64,000 nucleotides of DNA from Camelus ferus (taxonomy: Eukaryota), in the NCBI RefSeq assembly GCF_009834535.1, contig NC_045696.1, forward strand, positions 15,502,001-15,566,000, written 5' to 3'. Shown piece by piece: positions 1 through 13,000 of this stretch. Made by a program: the position numbers and the translations under genes. Within the stretch, counting starts at the first letter, position 1, and the number at the start of each line of letters is the position of its first letter. The notes beneath the pieces were generated by a model. It did no database searches and was not told where the DNA came from. It saw only the letters and a program-made list of their open reading frames with translations.

Positions 1-80
1 CGATTCGTCTTTGTCTTACCCACACCTAGGAGGACACCTAGCACATGAAAACATTCAATAAATGTTTTATTGACCGAATA
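1..80 (+). mobile_element. L2 LINE 3' end fragment (ancient)
   Basis: 'cctagcacatgaaaacattcaataaatgttttattga' resembles the typical L2 3' terminus; recognised by recall only. Confidence 0.45.
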
Positions 81-501
81 CACATAAAATATTTTCAGAA
101 GTAATGCATACAGTATTTTTATTTTTTAGACTTTTTTCCCTTTTTCATTTTTTATCAGTTAGATTATTATAGTTCGAACTGCACATACACATTATATTGC
201 ATGTAAATACATATATACAGTATACCGCACCTTTTTTTTAGTTTGCATATATGTACTGATTATTGTTTCTAAGAACAGATTAGAGCTTTAACTTTTTAAA
301 CTTACATAGTTATCAAAGGAATAAAGCAAACAGTATTTTTTAGATGGACCCCCATAACAGAGAAGACCTGGGTGGAATCTATTTTAAGGCAATCTATTTG
401 TAAACACAGGAACCATCTTTCTACCAAGACATTGTAGGGTTTCAGGACTCTCTAAAGATGCCAGCCCTGAGACTGTCAATGGACATTTAGGGACCTAAAC
501 T

Positions 502-1003
502 GACAGATGAATGGATAAAGAAGATGTGGCATATATACACAATAGAATACTACTCAGCCATAAAAAAGAATAAAATAATGCCATTTGCAGCAACCTGGAT
601 GGACCTAGACATTATCATAATAAGTGAAGTAAGACAGAGACAGACAAATATCATATGATATCACTTACATGTGGAAGCAAAAAAAAATGAGACAAATGAA
701 CTTATTTACAAAACAGAAAGAGACACACAGACATAGAAAACAAACTTATAGTCACCAAAGGGGAAAGGGGAGAGAGGTAAATTAGGAGTTCAAGATTTGC
801 AGATACTAACTACTATACATAAAATAGATAAACAGCAAGGTCCTACTGCATAGCACAGGGAACTATATTCAATAACTTGTAATAGCTTATAATGAAAAAA
901 AATTTAAAAAAGAATATATATATACATGTAACTGAAGCACTATGCTGTATACCAGAAACTAATAACACAACATCATAACTCAACTGTATACTTCAATTTA
1001 AAA
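502..1003 (+). mobile_element. L1 LINE 3' end (ORF2 tail + 3' UTR), 5'-truncated, artiodactyl-type
   Basis: Diagnostic L1 text 'gatgaatggataaagaagatgtgg...tactactcagccataaaaaagaat...atttgcagcaac' through 'tcaactgtatacttcaattt'; clearly homologous to the copies at 3699 and 24232. Confidence 0.9.
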
Positions 1004-3698
1004 GACCATTTGTAGATGGGTCTAGGGAACACTTCTTTACTCCTGGTGTTTTCTTCTCTGTGCAGTGTTCCACTGTCGTCATACTCCCAGCTTCCCTCGC
1101 CCTCTCATTCCCACATGGCTTACCTAACTGGGAGCAGCTGATCTAACGGGTAAGTTTGGACAGAAGACCCAGGCAGGTGGAGCCAGTATCTTCCTTCCCT
1201 TTCTTCTCTTGAGAAACAGCTGCCCACATGTTCTGCTCTTCTTCTCTGTGGGCCAGCTCTGTTCTCACGGGAAGAACCTGCCCAGTCAAGCCTTCCTGTG
1301 ACGAGGTATGTGAGGCTGCGTCAATCTGAGGCTCAGCGTTCGGAAGCCCACGTTCTCCCAGATACAAAACACATTCTCTAATTTCAGTTTTAACTGTAAT
1401 AAGAATGATTTTTTTTTGTTCTCCATATGTTGACTCATTCATTGTATTTCTTAATTAATGAAGAATCTGAGTAGGTAGGTGGGGAAACAGTTACTGCATC
1501 CCCCAGTTGGTAGCACATTGTTTTATAGTATTTATTTAAATATGCTTGCCATCAATAGTTACAATAGGTTTTTTTTAAGTGTTACTATACTAAAAACTAC
1601 TACTTTAGTATTCAGTGATATAAATACATTTTTATCAGTTATTAGAATGTGCAACTACTGCTGATTTTTTCGTAGAAAATTTTATTAACAATTTGAAATA
1701 AATGTGTCAGTATATGTGCATTATATTCTTAATCTTCTTGTGCCACGGCTTGATTGTTTACACAGTGGCAAAGCAACAACAAAAACAAACAAAAAAATAA
1801 AAATCAGCTCCAGTATATCTTCTACTAGCCTTTTCTATAACTCATAGACATGCAGTAATGTATACATTTGGATTCAGATAAGATCATCCGTTCATTCAAA
1901 GTTTATTGCAGGAGGATGACTCCAAAGACAATCAAATGAGTCTACAAAAGCCAACATCTTGTCTTCTGATAACAAAAAGAGACACTAGTCTTAAAAGCGG
2001 CAAGGGTATTGAATTAAACATACACAGCTACAACACAAATCAATTTCAAATGCTTTATGTTGGACTGAGAATAGAAGCCACCTGCTTATTATTTATCTGT
2101 GGCTAAGAAAACAACTTATGCACTTAAACAGAAAACAAGACTGAAATTTATCTACCATCTCTTTTCCTTTTTCTCATTAAATTACATTTACTTGAAGGTC
2201 ACATAATGACTGTCTGTTTTTTAGTGCCACCTTTTGGGTGGTCTTGTTATTACATAACATCAAAATTGAAAAACTGCAAATACAGCGTGTGTGTGTCTGT
2301 GTGTGTTAACTGATCTTGAGCATATTAAGTTTATGCCCTTAGTTTTCATCCTAACTGTGCAGCTTATTGAAAGGAACTTTGTTCACTTATGTTCTATAAT
2401 AAAATGGGAGTTGTAATGCTTCTTAATTGGAGTTTTTGGAATCATGAGTTTCAACCCCTGTCTATCCCATCCATTATATCCTTGTCCCCTCAAACTCACA
2501 CTCATATAAAGTTTGATCTAAATTATGTCTACTCTTTCCTTTTTAAAAAGGATGCTTATAGGAGCTGCACCATTGATTGGCACAGCCAGAGACACACAAT
2601 TCGTGAGTATGGAATTAAAACCAAACCTAGGTCTCATAATTCTAATGCCATGGATTACATTTACCCACTTCAAAGAAAATATTGGCTCTAAAAACATCCT
2701 TTGCTATTCATGTCTTGATAAAGTGGGTTGAACTCCAGGTGAGATGAGAAATCTTCTCTCAAAATTTCATAGTGAAATAATCAAATTGCTCATTCACATC
2801 TGGTTTTATTAAAATGACAGTTCTGACTTGACCAATAGTAGAGATCTCTCTGCTCTAAGTTAGAACTGGAAAACATCATTTACTGTGATCCAGCACCTGC
2901 CATTGACTCATGTAAGTCATTCATTAAAAAGTCTGTTTAGCATGTTATGCACCCATTCATCTAGACTCCCAAAGTCCTCTTCCTATAGCTAATTAGATCA
3001 TTGAAAAATAAGAGACTTAAAAATATTAATTTAGTTGATATAGACAAAATTTCACAAATTTATAATATAACTTTCAGCTTCAAGGTCAGTAAAGACATCA
3101 TCTCTTTAAGCATGATTTTAGAGATTTTTATAAAACCATAGTAGTTTGCCACTGAATTTTAATGTTCTTTATATAAGCAGCTCTTTTATGTTAGATGCCT
3201 GAAAACAAACAAAAAAAAACTGCTGCAAGTATCATTTAAATTATTATGACTGTAAAAACAAAAATAGCTTAAATCTCTTTGCTTCCAGGCAAATTAAACC
3301 CCGTGCCCAATTATGACAATCAGATCATCTCAGGTACTTGGTCACATTAACTCTTTCTGCTCTCTGCTGTGGACCTCTGTTCTGTTTTGTTTTCATTCCA
3401 AATCGTTCTTCATTATGTTATATGTTTTCTTTTACAAATCATCTTAAATTTTGTTGAATGTAGTTCAAATGCCAAAATGCTAGGAGTTAATTCAGGAATT
3501 CCAGCAAGGAGGTTGTGGTTGTCAGACCTAGTGTCAGACAGAAGCAGTGTAGAAGAGCCAGCTGCTTGAGCCTTCCAAGACTTCACAGGTCTTAGCTGAG
3601 GCCATTGATAACCATTGCCAGTGGAGAGATAAAGCAAAAGAAAATGGTGGTAAATGCAAATAAGTAGAGGAAAGATACACATCAAACATGCTGATGTA

Positions 3699-4179
3699 CA
3701 ATTTACAAGAGCCAAGACATGGAAACAACCTAAGTGTTCATCGACAGATGAATGGATGAAGAAGATGTGGTGTATGTATACAATGGGATAGTACTCAGCT
3801 GTAAAAAAAAAAATGAAATATTGACATTTGCAGTATGCATGAACCTAAAGATGATCATACTAAGTGAAGTAAGCCAGACAGAGAAAGGCAAATATTATAT
3901 AATACAACTTACATGTCAAATCTAAAAGATAATACAAATAAACTAATTTACAAAACAGAAACAGACTCATAGATATAGAAAACAAACTTATGGTTACTCA
4001 AGGGGAAAGAGGAGTGAAGGAATAAATTAGGAGTATGGGATTAACAGATACATACCACTATATATAAAATAGATAAACAATGAGGATTTACTGTAGAGCA
4101 CAGGGAACTATATTCAATATCTTGTAATAACCTATAATGGAAAAGAGTATGAAAAAGGACATATATATATGTGTGTGTG

Positions 4180-4221
<42 letters not shown>

Positions 4222-4300
4222 GAATAACTTTAATGTACACCTGAAACTAATACAACATTGTAAATCAACTACAGGTCAATAAAAAAATAAATTAAAAAAA
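3699..4300 (+). mobile_element. L1 LINE 3' end with A-rich tail and internal (TA)n
   Basis: 'agccaagacatggaaacaacctaagtgttcatcgacagatgaatgg' through the AATAAA/A tail at 4278-4300. Possible degraded TSD: aaacatgctgatgta (3684-3698) vs aaaaatgttgatata (4297-4311). Confidence 0.9.
4160..4218. repeat. (TA)n/(TG)n compound microsatellite inside the L1 3' UTR
   Basis: Direct reading of the sequence. Confidence 0.9.
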
Positions 4301-5819
4301 ATGTTGATATAATAGGCAGGAAGACTTGCAATGAGATGTGACCAGAGCTGAAGATTCTTAAGTGAAGGCTTATGCAGCTTCCTAGGTCTGATTGAAAAGC
4401 TGGGTTAGTAAAAATGTACCAAGGAGAAGTCAGGGTGTCTGATAGTCCAATAGAAAGTGGTCACATACTTAGGAGTTCATTATGGTGAACTATGGACTTG
4501 GCCCACCAGAGGCAGAGGTAGCTTTTGAGAAAGAGCCCAGTGCTTCCCCCTGAACCTGTTCCTTCCAAGAAACCCTGCTTCAGTGTGAAAAAGGAGTGAC
4601 CTGAGTAAGGGAGGAGTACAAGTCTCTAGTCAAAGCCATAATGGAATACACTCCATACCTGAGCACAGAACTGCACTGTGTTCACGGAGTTTCTTTCACC
4701 TTTAGGATTATCTCACATGTGCCATATAGCGTGATGAACACAAATTTGTCTCAGAGGTTTTGTCCTCTGAAACTGTAGGTTGTCCACTTTGGAGTTTGTA
4801 CGTTGACAAAAATTAGCACCAATGAATTATACCCCACAGAGTGGAAAAGAGCTCTATTTGTGAATCAACATAAATGTCCACAAACATAGGAAAAACTTCA
4901 CTTCATGACTTTTCAGAGTTCTATTTGCTTTAAATTCAGGGTAGTACTAATTTTTAAAATAAAAACACATTGGAACCACGCAGATCTCTTTGCCCTCTCT
5001 TGATTTTTTTAGTGTATCAAGAAACTTCTACTATCAGTGGTGGAATAGAAATACAGCATCTGTGATAAAGAATTATTTCTCTTTCCTATTTGCAAATGCT
5101 ACAAATCCATTAGCTTATTGTTTATCCTTAAATAGAACCCTCATGCAGTGTTTAAACACCCCGTGGACTTGTCTTCATTGCCTATCAGAGAATTCCAATT
5201 TTTTGGTTAATCCTCTTTCACCAAGAGGGAAATTACTTGGTTTTTCCCAAGTTCATTTGAATCTGACTTGCTTATTAAACTTTTGGTAATCACACTAAAA
5301 TTATATGCCACTTTTATATTCCACATATCTATATGTTCAAACCCTGAGGAAATCATCAGTTATCTCCACTGCTCATTTGGCTCCCAATAGAGGATCTCAT
5401 TGATACTCAGGGAATTTTATCTTAAATATATAACTGGACTCACCTAAAATGTTTTCCATCAAAGGTAGATGTATATCTTCTATAGGCAATTATATGTCCT
5501 GTATTGGTTAAATAAGAAACATTTATATTATATGACTTTTAATTACAAAATGTCAACCAATTTTCAGGAAATTTCATATTTGCGTTAGTCCAAAACTAAA
5601 ACTGCATATTCATCATCTTACACAGTTTAGGATAAGTTTGTACAATAGAAAAAAATCTCTAGATGAAGGCTACTGTTAATCTGTCATATTAAATAATTCA
5701 CCTGGAAACTAAATTTCTAGAAACTTATTCAATTTCTCCTTAAAAAAGACTTTAAAAATGTAATATATTTTAGTGGAATAAAATTTTTACTTAAGAATAA
5801 TATATATTATTTTCAAATA

Positions 5820-6090
5820 AACTTTTCATTTTAAGTAGTTCCAGATATACAGAAGTTTTGCAGAAGAGTTGCAAAGAAAATACAGTGAGTTCCTGTATTT
5901 CACTCAGATTTCCTCAATGTTAACTCTTATACAACCATGGTTAATTGTTAAAACTAATAAATAAATGTTGAGACATTGATTCATTAAACTAAAAACTAAA
6001 AAATCATCCAGATTTCACCAGTTTGTCCACTAATCATTTTTCTATCTCAGGATCCAACCTAAGATATCTCATTACATTTCATTGCATTAT
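5820..6090 (-). mobile_element. Old L1M (L1MC-like) 3' fragment
   Basis: 'agatatacagaagt...ttgcaaagaaaatacagtgagttcc...tcaggatccaacc' resembles an antisense L1MC 3' end. Confidence 0.55.
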
Positions 6091-7089
6091 TTTTAATAAA
6101 AATATGTTTACATTTATTTTGGATAAAGAAAATAAACATCAACAATGTAGTAAATATTATTTGAATTGTTATCAAATTATGTAGCATAAGTAGAAATTTA
6201 ACTACACTTATTTACCAAGAGGTTTTGTAAAACTTAGAAAAAAATGTTAAATGTGTCTCTTATTTTAGTAACTCTAATACCTCTATAATACTATTTTCAT
6301 TTTGCTTCTAATATTTATAAATTTACATTTAGTTTATTGTTATAAGCATAAAATTATATGAAAATATTAAAATAATGAATTTATTTATGCCTTGAAAAAG
6401 CAGAATTTATATTTCCATATATTTGTGATAGTATTATTTGCACATTTTACAGAAAGATGTTCCCATTACTACAAACTCTTTGGGTCAGAAAAAAAGGACT
6501 CTCTACATAGATAGAGATGATAGTCTGAAATGTTTGAGAAAGTAGAGAGAGAGCGAGAGAGAAAGTTCAACCATACCAGGCTTGGGTGCACCTGAAGAAT
6601 TGTGGAAGAGAGAGCTACCTTATTAACGATTTTTTGGTGAGTTTGGAACTAATATATATGGGTTTGCAAACTGGTACAATACAGGGATTAGCACACAGGC
6701 ATTAAGAGGCATTAGCTCATTATACTCAGGAGTAGTCAGTTTCACAGCAGTGTACTGAACAAGGTTTTTAAGCCAAAAGGTAAGAAAAACTCAGAGAAGA
6801 CCAGAGGAATAATGTAAATACGACTGATGATTAGACAACATGATCTTTAAAACATGGAATTATTTATGCTGGAGAAAGCAAGCTAACATCAATCTCCAAT
6901 TTTAAGCTTGGCTACTACACAGAGGATGTAATCACTAGACCTACTGAACCCAGACAGATAGAATTAATTGTAACAATGGAAAGATGTATGTGAGGTAAAG
7001 AAAGGAAGAGTCTTCTTGATTGTGAAAGCTATTAAGCTGTTGAAAGTTCAACGGTGTTTTTGTTTTTAGCAAATAAGAAAAACAGCATG

Positions 7090-10000
7090 CAAAATTGCAT
7101 GTTTATCATGTCTTTGGTTTTTTTGGGGATTATCATCACATATGCTTGTATCCTTTAACAGTATGTTCACTTCTGTATGTCTCTGAACTTCTTATAAATA
7201 GAATAATACTGCATATACTCTTCAATATACTTTTGTTTGCTCAAAATTGTATAAATTATATTTATATAATTTATCCATGTTAGTATTTTTTTAAAGTCTA
7301 CCTTATTTTCTGGTATCACAAAATATTCTAAGCACATCTCAAATTTTCCCTGCCCAATCAACTACTACAGCAAGGACACTTGGTTCCTTTTATTCCATAA
7401 TGGTACTTGGAAACCAAGATCTGGGCTCCAAGTGTACTTAATGCTACTGGGGCTGTCATTGCTTTTAGATCCTCTCGTGTATATAGTCTGAAGATATGTA
7501 TGTTTATACTAACCCATGCATACATGTACATTATATATATTTATGTTTCTATTTATTTCTGTGCATATATATTTTTTATGCTTCTCAATTACGAGGTGTC
7601 ATGTAAATATTATGTAGGTGATTCTTTTCTATTATTATTTTAATCTGACAATCTTTGTCTTTTAGCTGTAAGATTTCATACACTTGCATTTTAATGTGCC
7701 TACTCACATAATCATTTACTTTGTCTTCTATTTGTCCCATCCTGCTATTAAATTTTTATCTGCCTTATATGCAATTGCAATCATAAAGAGAGATGCACAA
7801 AACTTAAAAGTAATGCATTTTTCCTCTCTGGCTTTTTAAGACTTTTAACTATTATCTTTTGGGTGTGTGTAAGTATGTGGGGGCCAGTTTGTATTTATTT
7901 TGTTTTGTTTTTCTAATTTTAATGAATATCTGGGTGGCTGTCTTACATTATGTATTAGAAAACTCTCAGCCATGATATCTTTGAATGTTGCTTTTCACCC
8001 ACACCCTTTCCCCCCACCCTCTTCCTGAGTTTCAGTTACATATATGTTACACTGTTTCACTGTGTATCACGTTTCTTATGTTTTACTTTTCTTTTTCTCA
8101 TTCTTCTTTTAGTGTTTGTTTGCATAATTTATACTCCTCTGGTTTATATTTGCTAACCCTCTCCTCTATGCTTAGGCTTCTTCTAAACCTAATATGTTTC
8201 CAATTTCAGATAAAGTATTGTTTGTTTCTATAATATACATTTAGTTCTTCTGATAGATTTTATTTCTCTTGAAGAAACTTCTCATTTTTTATTCTTTTTT
8301 ATATATTTTACTCAATATACTTAAACATTTTTATTACCATTGTGATTTTGAAATCATTGTCTAGTAATCTTAACATCTAGATCGCCTGTGGGTCTGATTC
8401 TGTTGGTTATGTTTTTCATTTCTTGCTTCTACACATTCAGTGTCACATATTTTTTGTAAGCCAGGTGTTGTGCTTAAAAGAAGGTAGATATTGAAGTCAA
8501 TGTTCTTCCCCTCAGTGAGGGCATTTCCCTTCCTCTGCAGGGCAGATAGAAAGAGGGATTAACTACTTCAATCCAGTCAAAAATTGATTTTGATCAGGAC
8601 AGATTTGCAGTTTCATTTCTATTCATTTCACCTCTGGCTTCACTTATCTTTCAGGAAAGACTTGCCCCATGTTTATGGTAGGCCTTCCTTCGAGAAAATT
8701 TTTGGCTTTTAAGCACTTCCACCTCAGCCTTCCAGAACTCAGGACTAGTAGCAGGAGAGAAAATTGGAAGGGAAATTTGTTGGATTCTTCCAGACTCCAG
8801 TCCTTTATCCCAAACAGCTCTCAGCAGCTCTGCTTGTTTCTTTTTCACCCGAGGGAATCTCTTCGCCTATGGTTAAGTCTGTTCCTTACCCCATGGCCCA
8901 TATCAGCAAACCCCTTATCTAAGAAAATGCTCACCTAAGAATTACTTTTCCCCCTCTGGAATGTAGTTCCTACATTTAGAACTATAGATTTCCAATGTTT
9001 TTCCAAAAATCCATTATTTTTATTCAGTTTGTGTAGTTGATATGATGGAAGCAATGGTCTGCTTCTACTGTCTGGATCTTACCAGAAGTTGCCCATATTA
9101 ACTTTTGTTATCAGATAAGCTTTCCTTTTACCAGAGTGTTGTGTGTCCCTCTCTTCCTCCATATAAATTTTAGAACCAATTTGTCAAGTCCCCTAATAAA
9201 CTGTTGAGGTTTTTATTTTAGTTACATTTCATTTATAGATCAATTCAATGACTAAGTTCTTTCTTCAAATATGTCTTTAAACCAATGCATGTATAATATA
9301 TCTCCATTTTCTTTAGATCTTCTTTAAAATCTTTTATTCCTACATACATTTTGTTTCCAATGTAATTATAAATGGCACATTTTGATTTTATTTTCTAAAT
9401 GTTAATTAGTACAGAAATGTAAATGAGTCTGTGTATTAATTTTATGTGCAAAATATCTTGTTACACTTTCATATTAATTCTAATGATTTACAAAGTATTT
9501 TAAGTTTTCTATAATGATGATCATTTAATTTTCATATAATTAAATTTTTTCATGCTCTCCAAAAAGAATGTTTATTTAAAATGGTCATGTTGGGTACCCT
9601 TGATTAGTTCAGATGTAGAATATTTCCAAGATTTCTCCATTAAGTATAACTTTTGCTATAGAATTTTTATAGAAACCTTTGATCAGGTCACAAAAGTTTT
9701 TTCTATCCTTGGTTTCCTAAGAATATATTTACAATGAATGGGTGTTAAATTTTACTTATTATTTTCCTACATCTTTAATACAATTGCCAAATTTCCTTTT
9801 TCAAATTAATGTAGTAAATTATATTTGTTGGTTTTCTTGTCTGAAACCTCTGTTGCATTTCTGAGTTAAACCATGTGACCAAGAGGTATTTATTTATACA
9901 TTGTTCAGTTAGATTCACTAGTATTTGGCTAAAAAGTATTGCACAAATGTCGTGACTAAGATGGCTTGAAATCTTCCTCTTCATTCACTCTTTTTTGGGG

Positions 10001-13000
10001 GCTTTTGATATCAAACTTATGCTATTGTCATACAATGAGCTGGAATGTTCTTTCTTTTTAAATAGTCTGGAATTATGGGTGTTAATATTGAAATGGCTGA
10101 TTGACTCCCTAGAAAAAACTTCCATTTGAGATGATGTTCCTTCTTCCTGAAATACATAATTGAGTTTCTCCTTAGTGAGTGTCTATTACAATTCTCAGGT
10201 TTTCTTTATCTTAAAAGGTAATTATTTTGGTCCCATTCCTGTCATTTTTCTAGGATGCAATTCTTGACTGACACATTTTCTCTCAGTATGTATATTTGTA
10301 TATTAAATATATCATTTCACTTTCTTCAAGCTTTCATTGTTAGTGTTGAGAAATCATCTCTCAGAATAATTGTCATTCCTCTAAATGTTACTATGTATAG
10401 TGCTTGCTGGGGTGTAAAAGTTTCTATTTATCTTTGGTCATCTGAACTTTTACTGCTATGTTGAGGTACAAATTTCTTATTTTTAAGTTTACTCCATGTT
10501 TCATTTTTATTGACCTGCTTTCTCTATTTTCCATCCTATGGACTCTGTTATAGTCTTGGAAATTTCTCCATTATCCCTCTCCAGGTCACCAATTTGCTCT
10601 TTATCTTTGTCTAATTTACTAATAAACCCATTTTATTCAGATTTTATGTTTGGTTATTTTTATAGACTCACTTTCAAACCATTATTTTATATTCTGTGTC
10701 TAATTCTAATATCTAATATTTTTGCAGGTTTCATTCTGGGTTTGTTTCTTTCCACTGGCTCTCACTCAACATGGCTTGCTGTTTTGTGTTTTGTTTTGTG
10801 TTTGTTTTACTGTGAGCTCATATTACTGTAGATACGATTTGAGCCATTAGCTGCAGTGGTTTTTATGAGAGAGGGCTCTTGTCCGGTCCTGCCAGGTCCC
10901 AACTTTACACTGAATCCTTGTATGTTGTCTACTTAGATCACCCAGGAAGAATGAATTCAAGCAGTAAAACTGAAATCAAATGGCTTGCAGTTATAAAGTC
11001 TGAAAAAAAAACTTTTTAGTCTCCTCCATACAATATTAAAATTCAAAACAGACACTTTTTCCTGTCCTTCCTTGAAAGGTGAATATACGGTGACTCTCTC
11101 TGAGGATCCTAACTTGTCTGGACCTGAGGTTTATCTGGGTTCCCCAGTTCCAAACAGTGTCTGAAAACAAACTCTATCCATACAGAAAATGTCCTCACTG
11201 GGAACTGATTTTTGAGTTGTTTCCCTCTGTTGATTCCTTGGCTTCTAATTCCTTCTAATTTCTTGTCTGTTCATAGATGCATTCATGAGGACTCCCTTAT
11301 TTTTAATATTTCCTCCAGTTCTTTAGTTGTTTTCAGCAGGAGGGGTCTTAAGGCAATCTAGTGCATAGTACAGCCTGAAACAGAGGTAAAAGCGTACTCA
11401 TTTTGAAACCCTTTTTATAAAGTGAAATACCAACTCTCAGTTATCAATCTTATATTAAAGAGTTCTTGTCTATGAAAATTAAATCATAACTTAACAATTG
11501 TTTTAAATTTTGAATCATGAAGGAAAACAGTTTAAAAAAATCTGCCTCCAAATAATTTCTTCATCATAAGAGAAATTCATTTAAAGAATTAATTAATACA
11601 CTCATTTGAATCCCATCACAGGCAAGCATCATTTTTACATTAGTCTTTAGTAATTTTCAGTTCAATCTATCTGAAGGAAACATTTAGCTGTCTAGAATTT
11701 AAAAAAAAAACTTGCAGGTAGAGATAAGGCAGCCTTTACCCTAGAGAAATTTACACTCAAGTGGGAAAATTATATAAGTAACTAGACAATTGCTGCTGTT
11801 CGATAGCTATACAAGGTAACAAAGAGAACAATGGACATAGCAACACAAACAGAAGAAAGGTGCTTGTGATTATGTGGGGGAGGAACTGGCACCATCTGGC
11901 ATTTTTTCACCCTGGAGTCGTCACAGGAGCAGAGTATTGAAAGTAAACAGTTTCTCAGGCACACAAGAAAGTAATGGATGTTCTGGGATTCGGGAAGGGA
12001 AAATAGAAAGGTACAGAGACAGAAAGCAGCATTGTGCCCGCAGGAAACAACAAATGGTTTGGTAGCAGGAGGACTGAAATGGCAAGAAGGGCTTGGGAGA
12101 GTTGAGACAGCACACATTGTCGTGGGCCATGGGAAAGGAGGTGGAATTCTCTCTCGAGATGACTCAGAAGCATTGTTTTAAGCAGCAAAGGGGCAAAACA
12201 AATTTGTACAAGAGGAATATCATTTTCACAATTGTTGGTTGTGGACTATTTTACCTCTTGATGATGTTTTTTTCCCTTGGTTTTTCGGGGGTGCATTTAA
12301 ATTTTTTGTTGAACAGTGGCCATTATATGTTGAAAAAGAATAGTGTGGTAACTAGAATTTATTCCCAGAAAGGGGTATGTCTTCTTTTGACCAGTCCATT
12401 TAATGGGGGGTTGAGTCGAGCAAGTTGGTAGTCAAACTGGGTTAGCTTTTGTTACCTTCAGTGCACACTACGCTCTGCTTTGTACTCAGTGTGATGTCTG
12501 GGATGCCAAAGCATTTTCTCAGATCCCTGTTCTGTCTTTGGAGTTTGACAGTCTCAACATGCCTACACCATAGAGGGGTGTCTCTACCAAATTTCTTTGC
12601 CTCCCCAAGCAGTATTCTGCAATTGCTTGTTATTCACCATATGCACTCTGTTGGGTGTTTCTGTTGTCTTCATTATGCCTTTGTCTTAAGCAATCCCTGT
12701 TAGCCTGGGTTGTGGTGATGGTGTTGCTTTAGGGTTCTTATCCATCCCTTCCTTCCATGGCAGTACAACTCCGCCTCATATTTGTGTGGATTGTAGCTGG
12801 GAGAGTTTTCTCTCTCTCCTCTACTTGTAGCTGACTTCTACCTTGTATGAGTGCAGAATCTGAGTCCGAGGCAGAGTTCCACAGTCTGCACAGATAGCTC
12901 TCACATTTACTCTATCCTCACAGGCAATCTACCTTTGCTAGGGACCGGGGTAGGGTGCCTTATTTCTTTTCTTTCTCAAGGAAGATAGATTCTATTGAAT

